The position numbers and the translations under genes were made by a program. The notes under the pieces were generated by a model that was given only the letters and a program-made list of their open reading frames with translations, did not search any database and was not told the DNA's origin. Positions 1-12,550 of a stretch of DNA of 64,000 nucleotides are shown piece after piece; the first letter of the stretch is position 1; the number at the start of each line of letters is the position of its first letter. Source of the stretch: Podarcis tiliguerta (lineage: Eukaryota); assembly GCA_965153285.1 (NCBI GenBank), contig OZ229115.1; one strand, given 5' to 3'.

Positions 1-81
1 CTCCCAGATCAGTGGTCACTACAGTGTGGCTCTTAAAAGGATTCCCAGCTGTGCTCTATCCTGGGGCCTGTTTCTTTACAT

Positions 82-432
82 AGGTAAAGGTAAATGGACC
101 CCTGACCATTAGGGTCCAGTCGTGGCCGACTCTGGGGTTGCGGCACTCATCTCACTTTATTGGCCGAGGGAGCCGGCATACAGCTTCCAGGTCATGTGGC
201 CAGCATGACTAAGCCACTTCTGGAGAACCAGAGCAGTGCACGGAAACACCATTTACTTCCTGCCAGAGCAGTACCTATTTATCTACTTGCACTTTGATGT
301 GCTTTTGAACTGCTAGGTTGGCAGGAGCAGGGACCGAGTAATGGGAGCTCACCCCGTCGTGGGGATTCGAACCTCCGACCTTCTGATCGGCAAGCCCTAG
401 GCTCTGTGGTTTAGACCACAGTGCCACCAGCG
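82..432 (-). mobile_element. Sauria SINE (Squam1), near full length
   Basis: Reverse-complement (ACCTTT)n tail 'aggtaaaggtaaa' at left; conserved body 'gtacctatttatctacttgcac'; tRNA-like head with B box 'ggattcgaacc' at right. Confidence 0.9.
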
Positions 433-557
433 TGTTTATAAAAGTCATTTACCATGTAGAGTTAACCAGCTGACAGATACCCCAGAGGAATTGTTGCAAT
501 TGGTCTGAAACTTGTGGCAGAAGAATCTCCTTCCTCCCACCAAATGGAGCTCCATAC

Positions 558-601
<44 letters not shown>
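558..601. repeat. (AAT)n microsatellite
   Basis: Perfect tandem AAT run; explains the poly-Leu ORF 445..645. Confidence 0.95.
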
Positions 602-2524
602 TCATTTTGTGATAGCCAGAGAGCTGCAGATACCAGGAAATGCAATTAGGGCTGTGCTGAATGTTTGCAGGCTGTTAGCTGTGATGGTTATATGCAACCT
701 TCAGGTTCAAAGTACACTTATGGATATCAGTTGTAGCATCAACAAGAGAGGCTATTGCCTTCAGACGCTGTTGCTTGTGGACTTTCTGATCACCTTGGAA
801 GCAGAGAAAGATGGAGCTTTGGTGTGATCCACAGGGCCTTTCCTGTGTTTTAATATATTCAGTTTGACAATGTTTCTTGGAGATGATGAAATGCTGTATT
901 TTTGCTGCTGTTCAATGCTCAATTAGCAGCTGCTTTGCCACTGATTAAAAACAATGAGGCTGCTTCATGCTGGCTAGGAAATGTGAGCCTGTTGATGATC
1001 ATGCAGTTATCTTGAGGATATTATGACACAACAGTAGTGCCACAGAGCCAATGGCATTACAGTGTAACAACGCCACAAAGCCAATTTGGAGTGAGGACAA
1101 TGCTTCCCACTTTCACTTGGAACGGGCAAACATTTTTTGCCCCTGTTTGCTGCTCCCCTCCAACTGCTGAAAAGCAGGTGTGCTTTTAGCAGCTTGGGGG
1201 AGTCTTTCAACCCATGTGCCTCTCTGCTTCAGCTAAATGTTAGCAGGCCATTACCTTGATTATATTTATTACTGAAGCGTAGCTGTTTTTCCCATCTCTA
1301 ATTGGCTTTCTTCTTACATTATAGAAACATAATCCATTTGGTGCCTCTGAAAATTTTTTAACAATGTTATTGCACCATCTTACAGAAATGTAAAACCTTT
1401 ATTAGGGTTCAATAAATCTAGGTGGGAAGCACTGCCAAATTGGGATAAAGGAATTCTAGCAAACATTTTGCAGCACTGACTGCATCTTAATTATTTGTCT
1501 TTGTTGCTGTTGTGGAAGAGACTTTCTCTGCTTTATCGACTGCAAGAGCGTGGATTTCCCTTTGTGTCTTGCTCTGTATTCTCTGGCCCCCTCCCCAAGC
1601 ATTACCTCATGAAGCCATGATTGTGTTCAGTAAGGAATTTATTTTTATTTGGCAATATTGTGCAAATGTTTAAACTTCTCTGAGGAAGGGATGTGGAAGG
1701 AAAGCAGCCTAATCCAGATGAAGAGCTTTCTTGCTAAGTACAGTCATTTAGCTTTGTTATGATGGCAGACAAAACTAGTAGGTGCCAGGGTCCTGAGTGC
1801 CTCAATTACTCTTTTGCTTCAAGATGTTGCATGGAAAGGCAGAGGAGTTATTACATCGGATAGAAATGTACATCAGGAAAGTATTGCTGTAGCACACAGA
1901 GCCCCAGCTGGCCTATTTGGCTGCCTGGGATTGGAGAGCAGTTAGAAAATAAGTTCTTGTTGTGCTGCTGGTTGCTCTTTTTCCGTTAAACCATTCAGGG
2001 ACATAAAATTACTTATCAGGTAGCTTTAGCATTATATAGCCACAATACCAGAGGAAAGAAAATCTACAAAACTCCAGCAGATTTATGACTGATCCCTTCC
2101 TCCACGTCGTGCTAAACTCACAGTTCTGACTTTCAGCCTCCAAAATGTCATTTGCCCTATTCAAGTTCCTTACCTAAAATCTGAGATTGCCCACTTGCTG
2201 GGTTTTGTAGAGAGTTAACCCATGTTGCATATATTGTTTACGTAGAAATGGTGAAGGCAAATGTAAATGCTGCAAACCATTCCTTACTTCACCTGCCCCA
2301 ACACACGCGACTGTGATGGAGCACAATTGGAATTCCTTTGAGGGAGGAGTGTGGATGAAGAGAAAGGGGGGGGGGGACAGAGTAAGATCTACAGCAGTTC
2401 CCTCCCTACGCAGTGTTCCATAGTAGGTAGCTCCTATTTTGAGTTAAGGGACCTGCCAGTCAGAAAAACAACAGCAAACCTCTGAATTATGGACTATATG
2501 TCTACCACGGCAGGACTGAGTGAA

Positions 2525-2660
2525 TGGGTGGGGTACCTTTGGTCCTTTGGATGCTGTTGGACTCTAACTCCCTTCAGCCCCAGATAACATGGCCAATAGT
2601 AAAGAATGATGGGAGTTGCAGTCCAACAACATCTGGAGGGCACTGGGATCCCCATCCTTT
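2525..2660. mobile_element. Degenerate hairpin MITE (hAT-Charlie-like family)
   Basis: Internal inverted pair 'ggactctaactccc ... gggagttgcagtcc' shared with the well-preserved copy at 20927-21062. Confidence 0.55.
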
Positions 2661-2767
2661 ATTTACTGTATCCCACCCAAAAACATCCAAAAAGCACTCC
2701 CATAGCCCAAGGCAATAAGACAGTAATGAAGAAGAAGAGGTATCTAGCCAGATAGTGAAGTCCATAG

Positions 2768-3128
2768 GTAAAGGTAAAGGTACCCCTGCCCGTACGGGCC
2801 AGTCTTGACAGACTCTAGGGTTGTGCGCCCATCTCACTCAAAGAGGCCGGGGGCCAGCGCTGTCCGAAGACACTTCCGGGTCACGTGGCCAGCGTGACAT
2901 CGCTGCTCTGGTGAGCCAGAGCCGCACACGGAAACGCCGTTTACCTTCCCGCTAGTAAGCGGTCCCTATTTATCTACTTGCACCCGAGAGTGCTTTCGAA
3001 CTGCTAGGTTGGCAGGCGCTGGGACCGAACAGCGGGAGCGCACCCCGCCGCGGGGATTCGAACCGCCGACCTTTCGATCGGCAAACCCTAGGCGCTGAGG
3101 CTTTTACCCACAGCGCCACCTGTGTCCC
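2768..3128 (-). mobile_element. Sauria SINE, young CpG-rich subfamily, full length
   Basis: Perfect 14-bp TSD AGTGAAGTCCATAG (2754-2767, 3129-3142); (ACCTTT) tail and tRNA-like head; about 11 differences by eye from the copy at 50638-51001. Confidence 0.95.
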
Positions 3129-3212
3129 AGTGAAGTCCATAGCCATATGCTTTTGCTTTGTTTGCTTTTAGAGGAAAATGTCCAAAAGGTCAGGGGGGAA
3201 ATGGAGATCAAT

Positions 3213-3285
3213 ACAGACGTACCTTGGAAGTTGAACGGAATCCGTTCCGGAAGTCCGTCCGACTTCCAAAACGTCTGACTTCCAA
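3213..3285. mobile_element. Truncated Tc1/mariner (pogo/Tigger-like) MITE end
   Basis: TA followed by 'cagacgtaccttgg...' terminus with internal 'gacttccaa' repeats; second end missing. Confidence 0.4.
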
Positions 3286-3311
3286 TGTTTGTTGTTTTTC
3301 TGACTGGCTCA

Positions 3312-3403
3312 TTGTTAAAACCGTGTTTATGGAAGACAATCTTACTTGGCTACGAGTGACTGCCAAAGAAGAAGAAGAAGAAGAAGAAGAAGAAGAAGAA
3401 GAA
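3312..3403 (+). mobile_element. RTE-clade LINE extreme 3' end with (GAA)n tail
   Basis: 'accgtgtttatggaagacaatcttacttggctacgagtgactgccaaagaagaa' matches the end of the RTE remnant at ~34236-34295; explains the poly-Glu ORF 3158..3433. Confidence 0.75.
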
Positions 3404-6309
3404 AAGACTTCAGAGAAACTAACTATGGACTGATTAGGTTACAGTTTCCTCTGTGAATGTATGCAGCCAAGGATATAATGGCAAGAGTGCAGAAGGAAAA
3501 CCTGAGTGATGTGGCAATCTCATTTGCTATATAACTTCCTGTCCCAAACTAGATAGATGAGGCCTTTTTCACTTAACATAGGACAGTGTGATTCTATGCT
3601 TTTCACTTTGGTGTACCCAGATCAAACTTTTAATTCAGTGGGTTTGTTTTGAGATACTGTTGCTGGTGTATTATGAAATACACACTTTTTTCCAATGGGG
3701 TAGGGACAGAAGAAAATGAAGTATGACATGGACCCATAACAGTGCTCAGACAGACAGCATGGATACTGTGAGATTGTGTTTTATCTGCTCTTCTCCACCT
3801 AGCTATCGTTGTCCTGTGCACAGAACACAAATCTTCTACATTTGAAATTTACATGTGGTCCTCGCATGTTCAGAAATGAAATGGCTCTTTAAAGCATGTA
3901 AGCCATTTGTGAATGTCCACTATGAATAAAAAACCTCTTGCAAGAGCTTATTAAAAACCCATGTCCTCCCCCCCCCTCTGAAAACTGTCTAATAGATGTT
4001 AGTTCAAGAATTTGCCAAGGTGGTCCTTCATGGTAATTATGCATCGCCTTCATTTCTCCAGGCTTATGTCTAGATGGTAGAAATCTCAGAGACAGCTCTC
4101 TAAGGTGAACCCTATAATTACATTTCAATTACTCAAGCTGGGTGTTTGTATTTTTGCTTGAAGCTGGTAGGTTACCTGTCAAGCACAGCCTTTTGAAGCC
4201 GAAGATAAATGGGAAAAGGTCAGTGCTCTTTTGGTGTTATTGGCTGAGCTTGTCTACCACCCTCAGTAAGATGTTGGAGAAATGATTTTACTAAGATAAT
4301 CGTTTATTAAATGCTTTATTTAAAATATATTTCTGCAAGTTAAAAAAAATACACCACTACCACATGCTGAAGTTAATTTCTTGTACTTGATAATCCCAGA
4401 TTTCTATATTAACAATCATTTACACTATCTTCTTCTTGTTCTTCTTTTGATGGGCCTCTTCAGTCACCTAAAATAGCTTATTAGTTCCTAGATTATAGAA
4501 GGAAGATGTGTTTTGATGCTGCTTTTTTTTGGAACAGATTCAGAATCTACATGGCCAGGCCTATCAGTAGATATTTTGTGGTGTGTGATCTCTAAGGATT
4601 GATGATGGTGTGTGTGTGTTTAGGGAGGGAATACATCAATACAGAATGGCAAGAGCTTAAATCGAGATAGCTGAAAATGTTTAAAGTTCATTAAATAAGC
4701 TTGTCACCAACTTCTTCCAGTTTCTTCCTAAAGTGGCATACAAAATTCACACCAGCACATAATCAGTAAAATATCAGTTTAAAACCTTTGAAACATCTGC
4801 TTCAAAATACTATGGAAAAAGTCAACATAACAGTAAATCAGCATAGCCTAAACAGGAACTGAGTCACAGCACCATTTGTTCAGCTTCATGTATAATCATC
4901 CACTGAAGTCCACAGTAAAACATTGATCTTCAAGGCTCATTGAAAACTATTGCAGAATGCAGCCTCCCTGATCTACAGTAGGATTGAATTACACATCACT
5001 AAATTGTTTAATTTGATTAAATATTAACAAAATAAATGACGACAACCTGAAATCAAGGGAGGTCCAAAATAATACATAATTCCCTTTCTCCGCTGTTGCA
5101 GACACAGACCACTGAACGCTGTCCCAGTGTGTACATTATCTGAAAGTGCCATATTCTATATATATGCCTACAAATACGCCTAGGCAGAATTTTCGGGATG
5201 CTTGTGAATTTTTTTCTGGGATTATTAACATTTGCAGTAATCATGATATTTAACAAATTTCAGACATTCAGTGTAGATGAATAAAATAAAGCTGAGTTAC
5301 CAAGTGGTTTTGTTTGCAGGAGCAAAAGTGATTGAAAAGAATCCAGGTGACTTTTGAAAACTTCAAAAATCCCATTAGCCTTTTTGTTGCTCTTCTTGTA
5401 CCACAATATTCAGAAGATGTTTACTGTTCCTGTATCACGTTATGTGGTTCCATCAAGATGTTTGTGTACTCTGGTCACTGCTTAGGGATGATGGGAGCTA
5501 GCGCCATAGCAACAGGAAGGCATAAGGTTGACTATCCCAGCTCTGTTACATAAACAGGGTGTTGTCTGCATGCATTTCTGTTTGTGGTAAATGGGATCAT
5601 CTTAATAGATGATCCTGGTTGTGGGCAGGCTCTCAACCTGGTTCCCCCCACCCTGGCGTGGGTGAAGCTACTGCCCTCATGCCGGGGTGGTCCCACAATC
5701 ACCCAGGGCTATTGCCCAATCATGCTATTTGGTGATGGTGGGGGAAAAGTATAAAAGCGGCAGCGCGACATGTGCCTGGCTCCTGCTTCGTGCTGCCAAA
5801 CACCTGCCCACCCTCCCTTTAATTTAGATCCTTTGGCTTTGCTTTGGGCTTTGGTTGGTTGCCCATCTTGAGATAGGTGCTGGGTGGGAATTTTTTCCAT
5901 TTGGCAAATTGGCACGGGCCACTTGGTTTTTGCCTACCTCTTAGCAATTGTCACAACTTTGTAAGGTTTGGCGGTAGGCATTGGCTTATGGTGAATGGGG
6001 GAGGGGAGGTCGGCCATCGCCGGCCCTCCATTTCAAGGGTATTCCATTAAAGGAATCCATGGCCTGGATCCTGTCCGAAGTCCACTTGAGGGGTAGGGCC
6101 ATGCCAGGCCTCTGGGAACACCAGGGGAGATGCAGGCAGGTTCCCCCAAAGCAATTTTCCTTTGGGTGGTTTACCCTTACAGACTTCCTGCAAAGCAGGC
6201 AGGAGTCAGATATAGTCTTGCCAATGCCTAAGCCAATACCGCTCTCATTCCTGTAATCAATAAAGTTGTGGCCAAATTTTTGCCCAAAACCTTAAACAAA
6301 ATATCCATT

Positions 6310-7028
6310 TGTGGTGATCATACAGGGTCCCGGGATGTTTGACGGTCTATTGATCCCTGTGCCACCACTGTGATTGCTTTCCCGCTGCCACCAACCCGTT
6401 TCTCTCGGGTACACATGGAGTCCAGACAGTTGTTAAGATTAACAAATAATCAAGTTTATTTTATAAGAGCCAGTGTGGTGTAGTGGTTAGGAGCGGTAGT
6501 CACGTAATCTGGGTAATAGGGTTCGCGTCTCCGCTCCTCCACATGCAGCTGCTGGGTGACCTTGGGCCAGTCACAGTCTCTCAGCCCCACTCACCTCACA
6601 GAGTGTTTGTTGTGGGGGAGGAAGGGAAAGGAGAATGTTAGCCGCTTTGAGACTCCTTAAAGGGAGTGAAAGGCGGGATATCAAATCCAAACTCTTCTTC
6701 TTCTTCTTCTAAGCATGAACAAGTTTATGGTTTCAGTTAATTTTTCTTAGCAGTTTCTTAATCTTAGTTTCTTTATTGACCTATACGTTCCTAACAACTT
6801 CAAACGGGTTATCCCAACTATCTGACTCCACCTAACAGTTCCTCTCACTCTCTCACAACACAACTTGACCAACCCACAGACTTATCCTCCCTCTTCCTTC
6901 TCCAACTCCCAACACTCAACTGACTTCCACACAACTCCAACTCTAACTCTAACTCCTCCCCTTGGGTTCCCACTGGCCAATCACTTCACACTCATTCCTT
7001 ATGACCCACCTAGGAGGCAAACGCCACA
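6310..7028 (-). mobile_element. Solo-LTR-like element nested in the LTR above
   Basis: Termini TGTGGTG...CGCCACA; minus-strand AATAAA (TTTATT ~6455); flanks ccatt/ccgta resemble a decayed 5-bp TSD. Confidence 0.5.
6467..6710 (+). mobile_element. Squam3 (MIR/Ther1-derived) SINE with (CTT)n tail
   Basis: tRNA-like head 'gtggtgtagtggtt...gggttcgcgtctcc'; CORE-like 'gctgggtgaccttgggccagtcac'; end 'gcgggatatcaaatccaaa' plus CTT repeats. Confidence 0.85.
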
Positions 7029-7344
7029 CCGTATCTGTGTGAATTTATTTACCTTAATGGGGGGTTGGCTTGAGGGTTTTGCTACACAATTATTAGGCTA
7101 GTGCATGCTATGAATTGCTGGGCAATTAAAAGAATCTAGCATCCGAGAGGCAATACAGCATGTTTATATCAGTTTATGCCTATCTGAATGCAGATCCAGG
7201 AAGGTGTGCAGTGCATAAATCAGAGGAGGACAGTGCCCTGAAATATGATTCAGAAGTTGCCTACTCTTCAAAGGAAGAGGCATCTGAAGGTGAAAGTTTA
7301 AAGCTTTTCTTTAAACAGAGGTGGGCACAAATCTGTCCCTGTTT

Positions 7345-7749
7345 TGAGACGGGGAGAAATTTATTTCAGTTTGCATTTAAAGGCAAACAAACCTCATTTG
7401 ACTGTCCCGAAACAACCAGCAGACTGAAATGTAGCCTTCTTTTGACATTCGTACTTCTCCAAATATTGCAGTGCAGTTCTCCAGCAAAGTAAATTGTGCA
7501 AAAATACATATATTGGGGTCCATACTAACACCCCTATTAGTGAAAGTAACATTAAAAACACATTATATTAGGGGAAATGGCTTGCCGAAGATGTGCACAT
7601 TAGACACAATTGGATACAAAAAAATGTCTTTCTTAGTAGAAATTCACAGTAAAAAAATCTGGTGAATTTTCACGAGGACTCTTTAAAAAAGACATTCACA
7701 AACTGATGTGAAAATGTGGAGAGCTCAAAATAGATTAACTTATCCCTAC
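7345..7749. mobile_element. Old non-autonomous interspersed repeat (probable hAT); also at ~13790-13970, 27050-27412 and 48860-49753
   Basis: Shared motifs ('gaaatttatttcagtttgcatttaa', 'tgcagttctccagc', 'ggtgaattttcacgaggact') appear reverse-complemented in the 27 kb and 49 kb copies; ends in 'atcccta'. Confidence 0.55.
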
Positions 7750-7930
7750 TGGGCATTTAAATAATTGCTAAATTTATTTTTTTGTTTTCTTTTCTTTTGT
7801 ACTTACCTGTGCACTTAAGAGGTGCACAGTGAAGAACTCTTTCAGCAATAAGAAATACATGGTTTGGTTTCTTTAAAACATTCCTCTTCTCCAAGGCCTT
7901 TGGCTAATGAAACAAGATATGGTCTTTTAA

Positions 7931-8174
7931 CTCCTGCCCACCTAGCAGTTCGAAAGCACGTCAAAGTGCAAGTAGATAAATAGGTACCACTCCGGTGGGA
8001 AGGTAAACGGCATTTCCGTGCGCTGCTCTGGTTCGCCAGAAGCGGCTTAGTCATGCTGGCCACATGACCTGGAAGCTGTACGCCGGCTCCCTCGGCCAAT
8101 AAAGTGAGATGAGCGCCACAACCCCAGAGTCGGCCACGACTGGACCTAATGGTCAGGGGTCCCTTTAGTTTACC
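7931..8174 (+). mobile_element. Sauria SINE, 5'-truncated
   Basis: Sauria body ending 'gggtccctttagtttacc'; 13-bp TSD TATGGTCTTTTAA (7918-7930, 8175-8187). Confidence 0.9.
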
Positions 8175-8194
8175 TATGGTCTTTTAAACTGGGG

Positions 8195-8286
8195 GGGTTA
8201 GATTGGTTGTTTCGTTTATTATTATGGGATGTATTTTTTGTGTTTCTATATTTTAAACCGCCCTGTGATCTTCAGATGAAGGGTGC

Positions 8287-8325
<39 letters not shown>
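8195..8325 (+). mobile_element. L2-type LINE 3' tail ending in (AAT)n
   Basis: T-rich stretch then 'aaaccgccctgtgatcttcagatgaagggtgctata' stem-loop followed by AAT repeats. Confidence 0.55.
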
Positions 8326-8326
<1 letters not shown>

Positions 8327-9264
8327 TAGCAGCAGCTGTATCAAACGTCCCTTCTTTTTGGGACATTTGGCAGATATGAGTTGCTATCAGTACATATAGA
8401 TCTTGGTGCTTTCTTTATTATATTACTTGCTTTCTGGCTTAACACCATTCTCACTTGCTGCCAGAGGGCAGCACTTCCCCATGGAGATCTTCACTGTACC
8501 CTTGAAAAGAGACACAAATGAGATCTGCGCCTGTAATGATTCTCAAAAACTGCTTTATAGTCTTTCCATCATATATGTTTCAAATGATCTGTCCCAGCCA
8601 AATAAATTGTCCGAGCCCAATTTCCAGGAGAAATCATTGTCAGAATTGCTGACCCAGTTTAATGCCAAAGCATACATTTATAGCAAGCTGTACAAATCAT
8701 ATTGCCAAGCATGGGTTACAAATCGGACCGGGGGGGGGGGGAGTTTAATCAGAAACGAGATTAGATTTGAAAGTGTAGAGTGTTGGTGGCTGCTGAAACT
8801 CATATAGGCAGCTGTGTCGTATATTCTTTTAACGGGTTTTAGAATGAAGCCTCTCTGGCTCCAGTCTAAAGAGCACTTCACATTTTGTGTTAAGGGTTGT
8901 GTTAAGGGATAGCAAAACCAGAAGTCCAGTCATTCTCAGTAGATACGTCCCAATGGGGAATAGTAACTCTCCAAAACTAGAAGGACAGAGTGACACAACC
9001 AATTGAAAACCAAAGTGTCCACGCTTTAAAGTTTTAGCATGTGGAAGTCTTGTAAAATCGGATTATAAACTTTAGTACTATATCACTGAAGGAGAGATGA
9101 AAAAAGTGGTTAAATAACACCAGGAAGCTTTTAGCAAACTCTGGAGCAAAAGTGAATCAGTTAGAAAGTTGGAGATGATCTCCGAGGGCAAGATCAGAGA
9201 AAGAGAGACCTAAGTTGTATTTTAAAAGGTAGTCTTTAGTACAGTATAATATCTGAAGACCAAA

Positions 9265-9790
9265 TGCCTTTGTACATTTTGTGAGTGTTGCAGGTGTTCC
9301 GCAGTCAAGTTGAATGTTCTGACACAGCTTTAGCCAATTGTTGTTGGCACATCATCTGGGAATCAACTGTGCACCACTCTTTGCCTTTCTCAGTGCAGCG
9401 AGCATCATTCCACTTGTAGTTCACAAGAGCCTTGTGCCCTGCAGCGATAGCAGGCTCCATGTCCTTAATGCTGCCCCCAGCTACAAGCCACACTAGCTGT
9501 TTGATCGTCTAGTTTTGGAGATTGGGGCCCACCCCTCCTGTTTGGATGTTTTGTTGGTTGACATGCAGATCACTGCAACTTTGTGCCATGTCTGAAAGAA
9601 CACATGCCTCCCATGAGGAGCTGAGGTACCAAAGTGTGGTGCAATTGCAAGGAGAGAGAAGCTCGTCTCCACACAATTTCTGCATGTTTTGAATGGACTG
9701 TGGAATAAAGTATGGTGTCTGTTGCTGAGCTGACCCAATGGAAAGAATTTTGTTGACATTTCTTCAGTCCTAGAAAAGTGATCTCCAATT
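9265..9790 (-). mobile_element. Degraded RTE-clade LINE ORF fragment (between endonuclease and RT)
   Basis: Minus-strand translation pieces 'R*CANNNWLKLCQNIQL...MYKG' match the RTE 'CAN.YWL.LC..IQ...GNIR.MY.G' region; the 'MY.G' motif also appears at ~61990. Frameshifts and stops present. Confidence 0.55.
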
Positions 9791-10699
9791 ACAGCAAAAA
9801 AATTAAAACCAAAGATTTGAAGATATCGACAGAGGGGAATTTTTATTGTTTAAATCCAGGCATCACTGTGCATCAGTGCAGAGCAAAGAGGGTTTAACAA
9901 GTATGTTAATGCACACTAGCACACATCAACAGGTTTTAAAAGAGTGCTTAACATGCATTAGCAAGCATGTTGTTGATCAACAACAAGCTCTAAAAAGCAC
10001 ATTTTAATGAACATTAGCTCATATCAAGATTACTCTTTTAATTCCACAAATGTTTTTTAACCATTTTAACAGTACACAACAAGATTTTAAAAATAATATA
10101 TTTTAGCTCGCAGCAATGGGGCTGAAAAAGAATTGCAAACAAAGTCCTTTCCCACACAAAAAACCGAGCCCAGCACTCTAAAGACCAGGTTGAAATTGAT
10201 TCTTCAAGAGTGCCCCTGAGGAAGAGCTCAGTTTGAAACTTGATGGACTAAAACAACAACAAAACACTTGTGCCCTTGGGAGATCAATTTTTACTTTTAC
10301 ACATGTGCGTGTGCGCGCACACACATACACACATTCTGACAAAGTAGATTCTATTGTGTGTAGCTGGGAAGGGGATTTCCACTGACCTTTCTGAACTCTT
10401 AAATTCAAATGGCAATTTTTGCACTGCAAACAGAACATCATGAAAATTCAGTGCAGCAATTATTTACTCTTGACCTTGTCCCCACACGGCAAAACAGGCT
10501 CCCTACACATGTAAGAACCTTGATTTTCCCAGTGATGGGGCTGGGGGAGCTAATGTGCTTATTCTTGATGCTACCCCCCACCATGTTTACTCCCAAGCAT
10601 GCACCTGAAGATGGCTTCTCTCATGCTAATCCAGAATATACCCACCAGAATATCTCTTGAAGAACAAGGAGAGAGGGAGGAAGAGGAAGAGGATGAGGA

Positions 10700-10760
10700 A
10701 GAGAAAGAGAAAGAGAAAGAGAAAGAGAAAGAGAAAGAGAAAGAGAAAGAGAAAGAGAGA
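10700..10760. repeat. (GAGAAA)n microsatellite in a purine tract
   Basis: Tandem hexamer; explains the EKEK ORF 10599..10847. Confidence 0.95.
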
Positions 10761-11374
10761 GAGATCTGTAGACTTAAATTTAAATTTAAATGTAATGGAG
10801 GGGGGAAATCAATTCAGGGATTACACTGTCACTTGAATGTAACATAAAATTATTGAGGCATCTAAATAGTAATACATCATTGAATAGACTTTGTGTCATG
10901 ATGACATAAAGCAAAATGATGTACAGAGATGATCAGGACAAAATGGTTGATTCTCCAAAATTATATAAACCAAACCTGGAAAAAAAAATGTACAGGAGCA
11001 TGATACAGTAGCTACAGTGCAGGATGCACCCCTTGTTAAGAAAGAAGGGGAAGGGAGGGTTAGTAGCAGACTGGAAGCTCAGAGAGTCAATGGATTCAGG
11101 ACCATTGAATATGACTGAGGAATTTGGATATAGCTCAGAGATAATCATTGTATCCATGATATATCCCAGAGGGACCCATTAGTCAGTAAATAGTGTGTCA
11201 CAGATTCACTGCATTGGAAATAGCTACTTTGGAGATAGTATGTCCTGTTCTTGCCAGTTACACTGACAGAAATTTAGGGCCAGGATTGTCTCTGAGGTCT
11301 CACAACAAGAGAATTGGTGTACAATTATGTTGCAGTGCTACTGATTCAAAAAGGTTCAGATATGTTACTGGGAT

Positions 11375-11738
11375 AAAAAGGTAAGGTAAAGGACCCCTGG
11401 ACGGTTAAGTCCAGTCAAAGGCGACTATGGGGTGCAGTGCTCATCTCACTTTTCAGGCCGAGGGAGCCAGCGTTTGTCCACAGACAGCTTTCCGAGTCAT
11501 GTGGCCTGCATGACTAAACCACTTCTGGCACAACGGAACACCGTAACAGAAGCCAGAGTGCATGGAAATGCTGTTTACCTTCCTGCCATAGCGGTACCTA
11601 TTTATCTACTTGCGCTGGCGTGCTTTCGAACTGCTAGGTTGACAGGAGCTGGGACAAAGCAACAGCAGCTCACTCCATTCCGTGGATTCAAACCACCAAT
11701 CTTCCAATCAGTTTAGACCACAGCACCACCCTCTCCCT
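11375..11738 (-). mobile_element. Sauria SINE
   Basis: 'aggtaaaggacccctggacggttaagtccagtc' subfamily end; Sauria body; TSD cagatatgttact/cagatatgctact. Confidence 0.9.
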
Positions 11739-12314
11739 CACAGATATGCTACTACAAGCCAAGGGGCCCCACATGACCACTCAAATATGGCTGCCTTGCA
11801 TTCTGCTACTACAGTAATGAGAAAATTAATTTAATTATCCTTTCTCTTCCACTGTGCTCTAGGCTCTGAAAAATTATAAGGGAATGAAAAATATTTATCA
11901 GTTGTTCCAGCATGTTAATGCAATAAGTAAATAAAACAAAACAAGTATTTCGGCAAATTAGGATGCCCAACACTTAGAAATCATTGTAGTGCATAATATT
12001 TAAATATTAAACTAATATCCCTGATCAGAGCTAAGACTTTATTATACATCTGCAGTGTGTCTTAGGGTGCTGATTTGGGGGGACCCAGATGGAAATGTAG
12101 TCCAGGTTTGAAGACCATCTGGCCACCTCATCAAATAGTAAATAGAAAATCTGTAGTCCTGTACTCATTTATCTCATAGAAAGCCCTACTGAATCCAGTG
12201 CAACTTACTTCTGAGTAGGCATGTATAGGACTGTGCTTACAGTATTCGTCTTATTCTTCCACTCCTTATACAAGCCCTTCTCAGTTCATCTGAAAACTCC
12301 CTGTGCAACCACAA

Positions 12315-12550
12315 CAGGTTCTTTAGATGCCTCCCACTTTCCTTTCCTGTTGGAATTGTCTACGTTTGTGCCTTCAATGTTTCACCTTCAAGAGACTCCC
12401 ATCCATCTTGGACTCCCTTCTCTTTGGGTATTTCTGACAATGGGACTTCACCCAGTAGCTCCCTAAGGTTTTTGAAATTGGTCTTTTTAAAGTCCATAGT
12501 GCATGTCCAACTGCACTCAGCTTTCCCCTGCCTATGTATAATGAAACCCA
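12315..12550 (-). mobile_element. CR1 LINE ORF2 internal fragment
   Basis: Minus translation 'MDFKKTNFKNLRELLGEVP...KEKGVQDGWESL...LKAQT*TIP' is the typical CR1 post-endonuclease region. Confidence 0.75.

Larger units (their letters stand above)
5620..7086 (+). mobile_element. Solo-LTR-like element (5620-6309 + 7029-7086) interrupted by a second LTR-like element
   Basis: TG start, TATAAAAG at ~5750, AATAAA at ~6259, resumes after 7028 and ends '...gctaCA'; no convincing TSD. Confidence 0.5.
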
